DNA from: Spirochaetales bacterium
GTDB taxonomy: Bacteria; Spirochaetota; Spirochaetia; JAFGXN01
Assembly: GCA_016936615.1 (NCBI GenBank)
Contig: JAFGXN010000167.1
Coordinates: 7,641-71,640, forward strand
DNA length: 64,000 nucleotides
Direction of reading: 5' to 3'
In this document: piece after piece, positions 47,568 through 57,098 of the stretch
How positions within the stretch are numbered: the first letter of the stretch is position 1
Layout of the letters: each line of letters opens with the position of its first letter
Made by a program: the position numbers and the translations under genes
Notes under the pieces: generated by a model
Told to the model about the DNA's origin: nothing
The model's database searches: none
The model's input: the letters and a program-made list of their open reading frames with translations, nothing else

Positions 47568-48126
47568 GATTGCAGTTTTTGCATCAGGTAGTGGATCAAA
47601 TTTTCAAAGTCTTGCCGAGAAAATTTCAACAAGTGAGCATAGGGTTGATTGTTTAATATGTGATAGAAAGAATGCCTATGTTCTTGAGCGGGCAAAGACT
47701 CTTGGTATTGATTCATTTTATTTTTCTTATCTAAATCGTCAAAGAGAGGATGTAGAGAGAGAAATTATTGCTACCTTGAAACAACGTGATATTGATTTAA
47801 TCGTGTTTGCAGGTTTCATGAGGTTAGTTACACCTTTGTTTGTTGACACTTTTCCAAATAAAATAGTAAATATTCATCCAGCATTACTGCCTAAGCATCC
47901 TGGTACTCATGGAATTGAAGATAGTTACAATTCTGATGACAAAGAGATGGGTATTTCAATACATTATGTAGATCATGGGATGGATACTGGTCCAATTATT
48001 TGTCAAAGATCTTTTGATCGTAAGGGATTGACTATAGAAGAGGCTGAGACTAAGATTCATCAGATTGAGAATGAGACTTATCCAGAAGTCGTTATAGAAC
48101 TTTTGGATGCAATAAAAAGTAAATGA
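47560..48126 (+). CDS. purN: Phosphoribosylglycinamide formyltransferase
   Basis: It begins MPKIAVFASGSGSNFQ and carries NIHPALLP and HxVDxGxDTGPII. The start was set at the ATG at 47560, which overlaps the purM stop by 8 nt. The ORF-track start at 47476 lacks RBS support. Confidence 0.8.
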   Translation: MPKIAVFASGSGSNFQSLAEKISTSEHRVDCLICDRKNAYVLERAKTLGIDSFYFSYLNRQREDVEREIIATLKQRDIDLIVFAGFMRLVTPLFVDTFPNKIVNIHPALLPKHPGTHGIEDSYNSDDKEMGISIHYVDHGMDTGPIICQRSFDRKGLTIEEAETKIHQIENETYPEVVIELLDAIKSK

Positions 48127-48139
48127 GTAGGAGGGTATT

Positions 48140-49393
48140 TTGAAAATACTTGTACTTGGATCAGGAGCAAGAGAACATTCGATTGCGTGGAAATTTTCAA
48201 AAAGTAATAGGATTACAGGACTTTTTATAGCACCAGGTAATGCTGGAACTGCTGAGATTGGTGAAAATTTATCCCATGTTAATCCAGAGAATCCAAAAGA
48301 GGTTATAAGTGCTTGCAGAGAGCATAATATTGATTATGTCTTTGTGGGGCCAGAGGTTCCGCTCGCTTTGGGCGTTGTCGATTATCTAAAGAAAGAGGGT
48401 ATTCCTGCCTTTGGGCCGCATAAGAAGGCTGCAAGGCTAGAGTCAAGTAAGACTTTTTCTAAAAAATTTATGAACAAACATGGGGTTCCAACCGCATTTG
48501 CTAAGGAATTTGACTCTTTTCGAAGTTTTAAGAAATATATCGAGAATAGTAGTGGTAAATTAGTAATCAAGAAGAGTGGTCTCGCTGCAGGTAAGGGTGT
48601 TCTGGAGTCTGATGATAAAGAAGTCTTGTTGGATTTTGGTAAGTCTATATTGAAAAATGATAGTCTTCTTGTTGAAGAGTTTCTTGAAGGTTATGAGATT
48701 TCGATTTTTGCTTTGACTGATGGTGAATCTTATATACTTTTACCGCCTTGTGCAGATTTTAAAAAGGCTGGAGAGGGTGATTCTGGACTAAATACTGGTG
48801 GAATGGGTTCAATCTGTCCTGTCCCTGGTGTTAGCAAGGAGCTACTTGCCGATATTGAGGAGCAGGCAATTGTTCCAACGTTTAGAGGCTTGAAAAAAGA
48901 TGGATTGTCTTACAAAGGTCTTCTATATATTGGTATTATGGTTACAAAAGATGGTCCAAAGGTTCTTGAATATAATGTTCGATTCGGCGATCCAGAGACT
49001 GAAGCCTTGTTGCCGTTGATAAATTCAGATTTTGTTAGCTTGAATGAGGCTATTATTGACGGTACGCTAGCTGAATTCCCAATTGAGATATCTAACCAAT
49101 CAGCAATCTGTGTTGTAGCAGCTGCAGAGGGTTATCCTGGCGACTATAAAAAGCTTATTAAAGTCGATAATCTTCCTGAAGAGACTAAGTCTAGCATCTG
49201 TTTTCATGCATCTACTGTGATGGATTCTGAAGGGGTTCTTCGAACCAATGGTGGAAGATGTTTCACTGTCGTTGGTCTAGGTGATAATTTCTCGAAGGCG
49301 AGTGATGCTGTCTATTCAGCAATGAAGTCGGTCGAGTTCGAGGGTGGCTGGTATCGTAAAGATATTGGGAAAAAGTTTTTTATTGAAGAGTAA
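48140..49393 (+). CDS. purD: Phosphoribosylamine-glycine ligase
   Basis: ATP-grasp PurD blocks are present (MKILVLGSGAREH, GPE...A, EEFLEG-E-S). The TTG start has GGAGGG upstream. Confidence 0.8.
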   Translation: MKILVLGSGAREHSIAWKFSKSNRITGLFIAPGNAGTAEIGENLSHVNPENPKEVISACREHNIDYVFVGPEVPLALGVVDYLKKEGIPAFGPHKKAARLESSKTFSKKFMNKHGVPTAFAKEFDSFRSFKKYIENSSGKLVIKKSGLAAGKGVLESDDKEVLLDFGKSILKNDSLLVEEFLEGYEISIFALTDGESYILLPPCADFKKAGEGDSGLNTGGMGSICPVPGVSKELLADIEEQAIVPTFRGLKKDGLSYKGLLYIGIMVTKDGPKVLEYNVRFGDPETEALLPLINSDFVSLNEAIIDGTLAEFPIEISNQSAICVVAAAEGYPGDYKKLIKVDNLPEETKSSICFHASTVMDSEGVLRTNGGRCFTVVGLGDNFSKASDAVYSAMKSVEFEGGWYRKDIGKKFFIEE

Positions 49394-49454
49394 TATGCTT
49401 TAGCGGTGCTGGTCATTTGATTCAGCACCATAATTAAATTTACAGGAGTAAACC

Positions 49455-49853
49455 ATGAAGGATGTGTTATTTATTGTTGGGTCGGAGTCTGACAAGCAAG
49501 CTGTTCAGCCAGGGTTGGATTTGATGGATGAGAAGAAGATGTCTTATGATTTTAAGATCTATTCTGCGCATAGAAACTTACCAGAGTTGACTAAGTTTTT
49601 GGAAGAAAATGAGGCAAATTATAAAGTAATTATTACTGCTGCAGGATTGTCTGCTGCTCTTCCTGGGGTAGTTGCTGCAATGGTGAAAAAGCCAGTCTTG
49701 GGTATTCCTTTAATTTCTGGTTCTTTGGCTGGAGTTGATGCACTGTTGTCAATCCTTCAATTACCAAAAGGTATTCCATGTGCAACTATGGGAATCGGAA
49801 AGCAAGGTGTCTTGAATTCAATCCACTTAGCTGAAAGAATAATAAATATCTAA
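49455..49853 (+). CDS. purE: N5-carboxyaminoimidazole ribonucleotide mutase (PurE, short form)
   Basis: It carries the glycine-rich PurE loop GSESDK, a conserved AHR triplet (YSAHRNLPE), and the block ITAAGLSAALPGVVAAMV. Confidence 0.75.
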   Translation: MKDVLFIVGSESDKQAVQPGLDLMDEKKMSYDFKIYSAHRNLPELTKFLEENEANYKVIITAAGLSAALPGVVAAMVKKPVLGIPLISGSLAGVDALLSILQLPKGIPCATMGIGKQGVLNSIHLAERIINI

Positions 49854-49872
49854 TATTGTTTATTTTGCAATA

Positions 49873-49910
49873 AAAAAGCTGCCAACCCAGAAGGAATGGC
49901 AGCTTTTTTT
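49873..49910. terminator. Bidirectional rho-independent terminator
   Basis: AAAAAAGCTGCCA-acccagaaggaa-TGGCAGCTTTTTTT. Confidence 0.7.
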
Positions 49911-49917
49911 GTGTGTA

Positions 49918-50559
49918 TTAGTTTTGAACCTTTACACTTAAAGCATTGTCTGTTTCAGATGGTTTGAAAGAGATAGCTCTAGCTATAATCTTAACTGTGT
50001 AAGTTCTTGTTGAAGATTTTACTTTGTCAAAGACCCAGAATTTTTCGCCTTCTGCTTCAATCTTGATGTCCCAGCTGTACTGTGGAAGCATTACTGTAGT
50101 AGCTCCCTTTGCTTTTGCTGCTTCAAGTAAGAAGTATTCTGCAGTATTCTGAGCTAGTGTTCTAGCATTGAATACAGGTGCTTCTTTCTTCTTTGGTAAG
50201 AAAAATAGAGCAAAGTTGCCAGTTGATGACATTGAAGTTAGTGGTGTCATAATTCCATTATGAAAAACACTTCCCTCTTTGAAATCTACAGTCTTCTTCC
50301 CATTGTCAACAGTAATTTCGAAGAATTCACTCTTATAAGTGATCATTTTTCCTTCGATTGTCTCAGTTACAGAAGCAGTAGCTTCAACAGCTCCAAGATC
50401 TACGATGTTGTTCATATTGACTTTGTTGTCAAAAGTAAGGTCGGTGATTGACTTTAGCTCAGATGTCTTATCAGTTCTGTCTATCTTGTAACTAGTACAA
50501 GAGAACATGAAAACAGCTAGGCCAAGAACCAATGAAAGTTTTTTAATTGAATTTATCAT
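49918..50559 (-). CDS. Hypothetical lipoprotein
   Basis: The lipobox is VFMFSC. The protein is 213 aa with no recognised motif. Confidence 0.4.
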   Translation of the reverse strand: MINSIKKLSLVLGLAVFMFSCTSYKIDRTDKTSELKSITDLTFDNKVNMNNIVDLGAVEATASVTETIEGKMITYKSEFFEITVDNGKKTVDFKEGSVFHNGIMTPLTSMSSTGNFALFFLPKKKEAPVFNARTLAQNTAEYFLLEAAKAKGATTVMLPQYSWDIKIEAEGEKFWVFDKVKSSTRTYTVKIIARAISFKPSETDNALSVKVQN

Positions 50560-50733
50560 TAAATTCCTCCTACGTTATATACAAATGAGTATATTCTCAT
50601 AAAAAAAATTTGTCAACTGTTTTAATTGAAATAAAAAAATATTAAAAAAATTTTTCTCATTAAATCTGTTTATATCGTTAAAAAAATTGACAGAATTGAG
50701 ATGAAACGTATAATAGTAGAATAGGAGTGGATC

Positions 50734-53169
50734 ATGATAAAAAGACAAATTTATTTTTCTTCAGCAATATTTTTATTATTATTTTCGTGCATGAGCTTTA
50801 GCGGCGAACCTAAATTCTCTGAGGATGGAAGGGATCTATCGCTGTGGTATACTGCACCAGCAAAATATTGGGAGAGCGAGGCCTTGCCGCTTGGTAATGG
50901 TAAAATCGGTGCGATGGTCTTTGGTGGAATTCAGCGTGAACAGTACACCTTGAATGAGAAGACATTGTGGGAAGGTGGAAAGGGCGAGAATCCTGATTAT
51001 AATTTTGGGAACAAGAGCGGTGGAAAGGATCAGCTTGAGAATATTCGAAGTCTTGTTCGTGATGGAGATTACACTAAGGCAATGGCTGAGGCTAATAAGC
51101 ATTTGACAGGAGATCCTCTTGGTTATGGAGCTTATCAAGTTCTTGGAGATATGTTTCTTGAATTTGAGGGTCAGGGTGGAGTCTCAAATTATTACAGAGG
51201 ATTAGATCTGACTAATGGTGTTCATACTGTAAGTTACAAATCGCGAGGTGTAAATTATGTCCGAGAAAGTTTTATCTCATATCCAGATAATCTTATGGTG
51301 GTTCGGCTTAAGGCGGATAGGGCAGGTGCGTTGAATTTTTCCCTAAACCTTACTTCTCCAACTCAGGGACCTTCATACTATGAGGGGTATTTTGGGAAAA
51401 AGCTACCAGCTGAGAAGCAGGGGCGAAAAATTGAGGTTAACGGATTTCATGATTTGCTTGTGTTAGATGGGATCTTGAATAATAATGGAATGAAGTTCCA
51501 GACTGTCGCAAAGATTTTAAATCTTGATGGTGAGGTTAGTGTTGGTGGTGAGGTAAATAGTCAGTATCTTGAGATTGCTGATTCAAGTGAGGTTGTTATA
51601 ATTTTGACTGCAGCAACTGATTATTTGCATCAATACCCTGATTACACAGGGCGAGATTATCGTGGAGATAATAGTAAGGTTATTCAGAACGGGGTTGATG
51701 TAGGGTATAAAGCTTTGTTGGATAATCATTTAGCTGATTATGAAGGTTTGTTTGACCGTGTAGATTTATCATTGGGAAATTCAGAGGTTGCTGGTTATCC
51801 CACAGATGTTAGACTTCATATGTATCAAGATAAGGCTGATCCCGGGTTGGATGCTTTAATTTTTCAATATGCTAGATACTTAATGATTAGTAGTTCTAGG
51901 GCTGGTTCATTGCCTGCGAATTTGCAGGGGATCTGGAATAATTCGACTAATCCTCCATGGAGTGCTGATTATCACACAAATATAAATTTGCAGATGAACT
52001 ACTGGATTACAGGTCCTGGAAATTTGTCAGAGTGCGATATACCTCTGATTGAGTTTATTGATGAGTTGCGCAAGCCTGGTCGTGATACTGCGCGCGAATA
52101 TTATAATTCTGGCGGTTGGGCGACTAACACTATGGTTAATCCATTTGGATTTACTGCGCCAGGGTGGATGGCAAGTTGGGGTCACTTTCCAGCTGGGGCA
52201 GCATGGCTCTCACGACATCTCTATACCCATTTTATGTATACCCAGGATATGGATTTTCTTGCAAATACTGCGTATCCCATTATCAAAGAGGCTGCTACCT
52301 TCTGGCTTGATTATCTGGTAGAGGAAGATGGAAAGCTTGTCTCGTTGACCTCGTATTCGCCAGAGCATGGTGAGTTTGAGAGAGGGGCGATGATGGATCA
52401 CATGATTGCGTGGGATATCTTCTCTAATTGTATAGAGTTGGCAAAAATTTTGAGTAGTGATGAGGAGTTTGTTGCTCAGCTTGTTGCAGCACGAGATAAG
52501 ATTGCTGGACCATTTATTGGTCAGCACGGGCAGCTGCAGGAGTGGATGAGAGATATTGATAGTCCACTTGATAAGCATCGTCATGTTTCTCATCTGTATG
52601 CGTTACACCCTGGGCGTCAGATCTCTCCAATTACTACGCCTGAGTTTGCAGATGCTGCAAAGGTCAGCCTTGAGTTTCGCGGAGATGGTGGAACAGGCTG
52701 GTCCCGGGCGTGGAAGATTAACTTCTGGGCTAGACTTGGTGATGGAGATAGGGCATATAAATTAATGAAAAGCTTCTTGAACCCTTTGAAGAAAGCAAAG
52801 ATGAATTACGGAGCAGGTGGAATTTATCATAACTTGTTCTGTTCTCATCCCCCATTTCAGATAGATGGAAATTTCGGAGCGGCTGCAGGAATTGCTGAGA
52901 TGCTGGTTCAAAGCCACATGGGCTTTATCAATCTTCATCCAGCACTGCCATCAGCGTGGGCGGAAGGATCAATTCGCGGGATAGGCGCTAAAGGCGGGTT
53001 TGAGGTCAGCCTTGACTGGAGAGATGGGCAGATTGAGAGAGCAGAGATCCTCTCAAAGGCTGGGAAGCAGTTGAATATTGTCTACGGAGATACTGAGAAT
53101 TCTATCAGTACTTCTGCTGGTAAAGTTTATGTCTTTGATGGAGCTCTTCGGCTTGTTGAGATAAAGTAG
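50734..53169 (+). CDS. Glycoside hydrolase family 95 (alpha-1,2-L-fucosidase-like)
   Basis: The N-terminus (WYTAPAKYWESEALPLGNGKIGAMVFGG...EQYTLNEKTLWEG) and the catalytic-region block (QIDGNFGAAAGIAEMLVQSH) are typical of GH95. A signal peptide is present. Confidence 0.75.
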   Translation: MIKRQIYFSSAIFLLLFSCMSFSGEPKFSEDGRDLSLWYTAPAKYWESEALPLGNGKIGAMVFGGIQREQYTLNEKTLWEGGKGENPDYNFGNKSGGKDQLENIRSLVRDGDYTKAMAEANKHLTGDPLGYGAYQVLGDMFLEFEGQGGVSNYYRGLDLTNGVHTVSYKSRGVNYVRESFISYPDNLMVVRLKADRAGALNFSLNLTSPTQGPSYYEGYFGKKLPAEKQGRKIEVNGFHDLLVLDGILNNNGMKFQTVAKILNLDGEVSVGGEVNSQYLEIADSSEVVIILTAATDYLHQYPDYTGRDYRGDNSKVIQNGVDVGYKALLDNHLADYEGLFDRVDLSLGNSEVAGYPTDVRLHMYQDKADPGLDALIFQYARYLMISSSRAGSLPANLQGIWNNSTNPPWSADYHTNINLQMNYWITGPGNLSECDIPLIEFIDELRKPGRDTAREYYNSGGWATNTMVNPFGFTAPGWMASWGHFPAGAAWLSRHLYTHFMYTQDMDFLANTAYPIIKEAATFWLDYLVEEDGKLVSLTSYSPEHGEFERGAMMDHMIAWDIFSNCIELAKILSSDEEFVAQLVAARDKIAGPFIGQHGQLQEWMRDIDSPLDKHRHVSHLYALHPGRQISPITTPEFADAAKVSLEFRGDGGTGWSRAWKINFWARLGDGDRAYKLMKSFLNPLKKAKMNYGAGGIYHNLFCSHPPFQIDGNFGAAAGIAEMLVQSHMGFINLHPALPSAWAEGSIRGIGAKGGFEVSLDWRDGQIERAEILSKAGKQLNIVYGDTENSISTSAGKVYVFDGALRLVEIK

Positions 53170-53315
53170 TCGATATAATAAAAATATAATCTGTATAGCT
53201 GATCTCTTTTGTTAGGGGTCAGCTTTTTTAATCTAAGGTTAATAAATATTAATAATTTTTTAAGTTATTTTTTTCTATCGAGTGGTAGACTTACTTATAT
53301 ATCTATGGAGGTTGT

Positions 53316-56300
53316 ATGAAAAAGTTAAACGTTTTGTTTGTCATGCTTTTCTTTGCATTTTTTGGATGCGATTTGTATGAGATCTCCTCTGCTAAGATTT
53401 CTGAGCTTGAGGGTTCAGTCGCATTAGTAAATGAGGAGATAAAGTTGGAATTAAGTCTTGATGGCAAGGTTCCAGATGGTGCTGAATATGTTTGGAGTAT
53501 AGGAGAGGATAGCTCTCTGACTATTATTTCATCTGATTCGAGTGGGATAGTTGTTAAGTCTGACAAGGCTGGAGAGTATGAGGTCTCCTGTGTTATATCA
53601 TTTGAGCAAAAAGAGTTAAAGGTTGTCTCATATAATGTCAAAATTGTGACTGGAGAATTACCTGTGCTAACAGTTGTTCCTGAAGCAAGCCCCTACACAG
53701 TTGGAGATACTGTCTCTTTCAGCTTAAATCAGACAGTTGTGGCAGATTTCCCATATAATGTGGATGTTACTGTCTCAGATGCAGATACTAAGCCTGTCGA
53801 GGTCCAAAAGTCAGGTAGCACCTATAATTTTGTGGGTTCTGTAGTTGGCGAATATTTGATTACACTTAATTTGTCAAATTCATTATCAAAAAGTTCGATT
53901 ATAACTTCTACCATTGAAGTTTTTGACTTATATAAGGCAATAATTACAGTCAATCAGGAGTTCTGCAAGGTTGGAGATGCTATCTCTTTTTCTGCTGCAG
54001 ATTCAACATTTGAGGATGCTGAATTAAGTTATCTATGGGGAGTTAAGAAGCCTTCTGGGGAGTCGGAACTGTTAACAGGTAATACCTCAGTTAATTTTCA
54101 GTACACCTTTTCGGAAGAGGGTGAGTATACGCTCTCTCTATATGTTGAGGATTCGTTAGGAATAAACGATTCTGTGGAGAAGCTCTTTTTCTCTGCTTAT
54201 GAACCAGATTTTGATTTTTCGTTGTTGGGAGGTAAAGAGTATTATCGAATTGGTGAAGAGGTAGCAACCACTTCGGTCAGTAATATTGAGCACAGTTATG
54301 ATGGTATTGATATTTCTTACATCTATGATAATACAAGGGTCAGCTTGACACCTACTGGGGATACCTCAGCACTTGTGAGTTCTACTCTTGTAGGGGATTA
54401 TTCTATTGAAGTTGAATTAGATAATGGATATTTTTCTATAAAAAAAGATTGTAACGTGAAATTTATTGATAAACCAGTGGCTAACGCTGGTTCAGATCAG
54501 GTTTTGGATGAAAAAGGGATCTCAGTTACTTTAGATGGCAGTAATTCTACTAATACTAATTCTCCACTTGGAGCAAGCCTGCTTTTTAAATGGGAAATCC
54601 TAGAAAAACCAGATTCAAGTCTGGTAGAATTAGATGATTTAAGCTTAGAGTCTCCAAGTTTCACAGCTGACGTGGCAGGGCTTTATAGATTTAGATTAAC
54701 AGTGGGCGATAATCACTATTCGTTAGATAAGAATATTTCTAGTGACGAAGTTGAGGTTGTTGTAAATGTTAAGAAGGCACTAGTTATAATGCTTGATGGC
54801 GTTAGATCTGATGTTCTCCTCTATTGTAACACTCCAGTCATGGATAGTATGGTTGCGAACACTTTAGAAGGTTTTGAGGATTATAAGACAGCCTACTCAT
54901 TTAGTTCGTGGGCTAACAATCCAACAAATAGTTTGCCAAACCACACCTCTATACTGACAGGACAGACCCCATTTACTCATGAAGTGACAGAGAATGATTC
55001 AGGAGATTCTAATAATGTAGCATATCCTCTTATTTTTTCTATTGCTGAGGATCAAAAGTCTGAGCTAAACACAGTATTTGCTTATGAGTGGGACGTAGAT
55101 GATGATATTGGAAAAAACACTCAGACTCAGGCAGATTATAAAATGCGAGGTCTTGCGTCTGGAGGTAAAAATGGTGATGAGATTAATCGAGATAATATTA
55201 TAAAAATGGTTGAAGGATCATATGCTGATACTGGTTTTGCTTCAGGAACAGATATAGATCTTCTAGTTTGGTACTATAGTGAGCCTGACTATGCTGGACA
55301 TACTCATAACTTTTTTTCAACTACTGGCCCTGGTGCTGGATATCGGACTTCAATAGAGGCTGCCGATGCTGATATAGGGGCTGTCCTCGCTTCTATCAAA
55401 AAGAGATCTACATTTGAATATGAAGATTGGAATATTATTATTGTAGCAGACCACGGTGGCTGGAATAAAACTCATGGAATTCCTGACCACTCTTGCTTGA
55501 TTGTGCCATATATTTCTATGTCAAAATCGACTGTTGCTGGTGGACTAGAATTTAGTAGTAGCATAAATGATGTAACTCCATCAGTTGCTCAGCATATGGG
55601 GCTTGATGTCTCTTCTTTGACATTTGATGGCGTAGCAAGAGGACAAGAAGCAGAGCAGGGTTTGTACTCAGATAGTTTGTTAGCTTATTTTGATTTTAAT
55701 GGTGATAGTGTATCGCGATTGCAGGATAAATCAGGAAATAATAATAACCTTGTGATAGAAAATAATAATGGAGGTCTCTTATCATTTGAAAATAGTACTT
55801 CGATCTCTGGTTTTGCTAATTATCTCTCTTTACACGACGGAAGAGGTGGCAATAACTCCAATGGAGCTTGGTTAAGTTTTGGTAATTCTGGGGATTTAGC
55901 ATTCAACGATGATAATAAATCTTTGACAATTACTTTTTGGTATAGGACAATTGCTGGTACATCAACTGTTGCTGATGATGTAATTATCAGCAATAAGGAT
56001 TGGTCTAGCGGTGCTAATGTTGGAGTAAATATCTCTGATGATGATAGGTCTTCTGGCAAAAAACTTTGGATGAATATCGGGGGAACTGGACCAAGACAAG
56101 ACATCGAACAACTTGCTGGGGGCTCTAGACCTGCTCCAGATAGATGGATTCTTGTTGGAATGGTTGTAGATTACAAACATAAAATAATGTACGGATATGT
56201 CTACGATGGGTTTAGTATTTTTTACAGCGATACAGGATTAAACACAGTCTCGCCAGGTTCTCAGTTGATAAGATCTGGATTAGAGTGGACAATCGGCGCA

Positions 56301-56468
56301 GATGCAAATGGAAAATACCAATTAGCAAATGCGATGATAGATGATGTTGCATTATGGAATAGAGCACTTACTCCTGCTGAAATACAATATATACATCTAG
56401 CAGGTAAAAAGGGAAAGAGCTTAGGTGATATAATGAACACTAGCGCTGGTGCCCCATTAGTTGAATAA
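53316..56468 (+). CDS. Large multidomain surface lipoprotein: Ig/PKD-like repeats, an alkaline-phosphatase-superfamily (NPP/phosphodiesterase-like) domain and a C-terminal LamG/concanavalin-like domain
   Basis: The lipobox is FFAFFGC. Ig-like units of about 90 aa repeat through the first 480 aa. Metal-site-like motifs are VIMLDGVRSD and IVADHGGW. The C-terminal block (WLSFG...LTITFWYRT...WILVGMVVD) is LamG-like. Confidence 0.5.
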   Translation: MKKLNVLFVMLFFAFFGCDLYEISSAKISELEGSVALVNEEIKLELSLDGKVPDGAEYVWSIGEDSSLTIISSDSSGIVVKSDKAGEYEVSCVISFEQKELKVVSYNVKIVTGELPVLTVVPEASPYTVGDTVSFSLNQTVVADFPYNVDVTVSDADTKPVEVQKSGSTYNFVGSVVGEYLITLNLSNSLSKSSIITSTIEVFDLYKAIITVNQEFCKVGDAISFSAADSTFEDAELSYLWGVKKPSGESELLTGNTSVNFQYTFSEEGEYTLSLYVEDSLGINDSVEKLFFSAYEPDFDFSLLGGKEYYRIGEEVATTSVSNIEHSYDGIDISYIYDNTRVSLTPTGDTSALVSSTLVGDYSIEVELDNGYFSIKKDCNVKFIDKPVANAGSDQVLDEKGISVTLDGSNSTNTNSPLGASLLFKWEILEKPDSSLVELDDLSLESPSFTADVAGLYRFRLTVGDNHYSLDKNISSDEVEVVVNVKKALVIMLDGVRSDVLLYCNTPVMDSMVANTLEGFEDYKTAYSFSSWANNPTNSLPNHTSILTGQTPFTHEVTENDSGDSNNVAYPLIFSIAEDQKSELNTVFAYEWDVDDDIGKNTQTQADYKMRGLASGGKNGDEINRDNIIKMVEGSYADTGFASGTDIDLLVWYYSEPDYAGHTHNFFSTTGPGAGYRTSIEAADADIGAVLASIKKRSTFEYEDWNIIIVADHGGWNKTHGIPDHSCLIVPYISMSKSTVAGGLEFSSSINDVTPSVAQHMGLDVSSLTFDGVARGQEAEQGLYSDSLLAYFDFNGDSVSRLQDKSGNNNNLVIENNNGGLLSFENSTSISGFANYLSLHDGRGGNNSNGAWLSFGNSGDLAFNDDNKSLTITFWYRTIAGTSTVADDVIISNKDWSSGANVGVNISDDDRSSGKKLWMNIGGTGPRQDIEQLAGGSRPAPDRWILVGMVVDYKHKIMYGYVYDGFSIFYSDTGLNTVSPGSQLIRSGLEWTIGADANGKYQLANAMIDDVALWNRALTPAEIQYIHLAGKKGKSLGDIMNTSAGAPLVE

Positions 56469-56489
56469 TTTATATTTTTGATTTTCTTA

Positions 56490-56526
56490 CCTCTATTAGG
56501 TTAAATTGCCTAGTAGAGGTTTTTTA
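56490..56526 (+). terminator. Rho-independent terminator of the large lipoprotein gene
   Basis: CCTCTATTAGG-ttaaattg-CCTAGTAGAGG followed by TTTTTTATTTTT. Confidence 0.65.
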
Positions 56527-56535
56527 TTTTTCATA
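56509..56535. repeat. 27-bp direct repeat, copy 1 (CCTAGTAGAGGTTTTTTATTTTTCATA)
   Basis: It is identical to 57003-57029. It comprises the 3' half of the terminator stem plus the T-tract. Confidence 0.85.
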
Positions 56536-57002
56536 TGTCAAGCGCAAGCGAAAATGTCCCAATATTGATTATGTATTTTTTTAAATTGAAAGAGAGAAGA
56601 GAAGTTTTAACCGCCCGCTACGCTAGATGAACGCAGATGAACGCAGATAATATGGGAGTGGATTAGGTAGGTATTGTCTATTGCTTATGATTTTGTGGTG
56701 GTTTACAAACTTTAATATATGCCTATAGATTTTATGAAAAAACCGCTAAGCAAGACTGCGGTCTGAAATCTAGCAAAATATTCTAGGCTCTTTACCATAA
56801 AATTATCTTCTCCTCATCTGATTGTCCTGCGTTCATCGAGCAGCTACGCTTGCGAGAGTTGACGTTTCCAGTTTCAATAATCACTTCTCCAACTCCGCTT
56901 GGTCGGTTAAATCCTCTTAAGAAAACTCTTCTAAAAAACTATTTTATCACATAAGACATTTTCCCTTGCGTTACATTGAGACATTATCCTTTTCGTTCGA
57001 CA

Positions 57003-57029
57003 CCTAGTAGAGGTTTTTTATTTTTCATA
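57003..57029. repeat. 27-bp direct repeat, copy 2 (CCTAGTAGAGGTTTTTTATTTTTCATA)
   Basis: It is a perfect copy of 56509-56535 but lacks the upstream half-stem. The pair brackets a non-coding segment of about 470 bp. Confidence 0.85.
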
Positions 57030-57098
57030 CAAAAAATAAAAATATATATGGTATAATGTTGATAATGTTTCTTGGAATTTAATTATGGAGGGGAAATT

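Noticed and set aside
56629-56651. The tandem GATGAACGCAGATGAACGCAGAT and nearby inverted copies were considered as a CRISPR-like or tandem-repeat array.
   Set aside because: There are only two direct units of about 10 nt with no spacers, no regular periodicity and no cas genes. It is not a CRISPR array. It was kept as part of the repeat-flanked insert finding.
56735-56826. A small minus-strand ORF inside the insert, MVKSLEYFARFQTAVLLSGFFIKSIGIY (28 aa), preceded by GAGGAGAAG.
   Set aside because: It is very short, has no homology I can recognise and has ambiguous RBS spacing. It could be chance in a 470-bp region. It is mentioned only as something to check by Ribo-seq.
56536-57002. The insert was considered as a tmRNA or tRNA locus. 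It contains a TTCGAC-like string, a CCACCA on the minus strand at about 56694, and a GCTACGCTTGCG tag-like string.
   Set aside because: No acceptor-stem and T-arm (GGTTCGAATCC-type) combination was found. No ANDENYALAA-like tag ORF ends in a stop in the right context. The pieces are too scattered and on inconsistent strands. The idea cannot be excluded without Infernal or ARAGORN, but it is not supported by eye.
57072-57098. N-terminal extensions in the ORF track at 57072, 59927, 60445, 61134-62378, 41521-41570 and 2300-2311.
   Set aside because: In each case a downstream in-frame ATG has a canonical GGAGG-type RBS at 4-7 nt spacing. Signal peptide or conserved N-termini begin there. The upstream codons lack RBS support.
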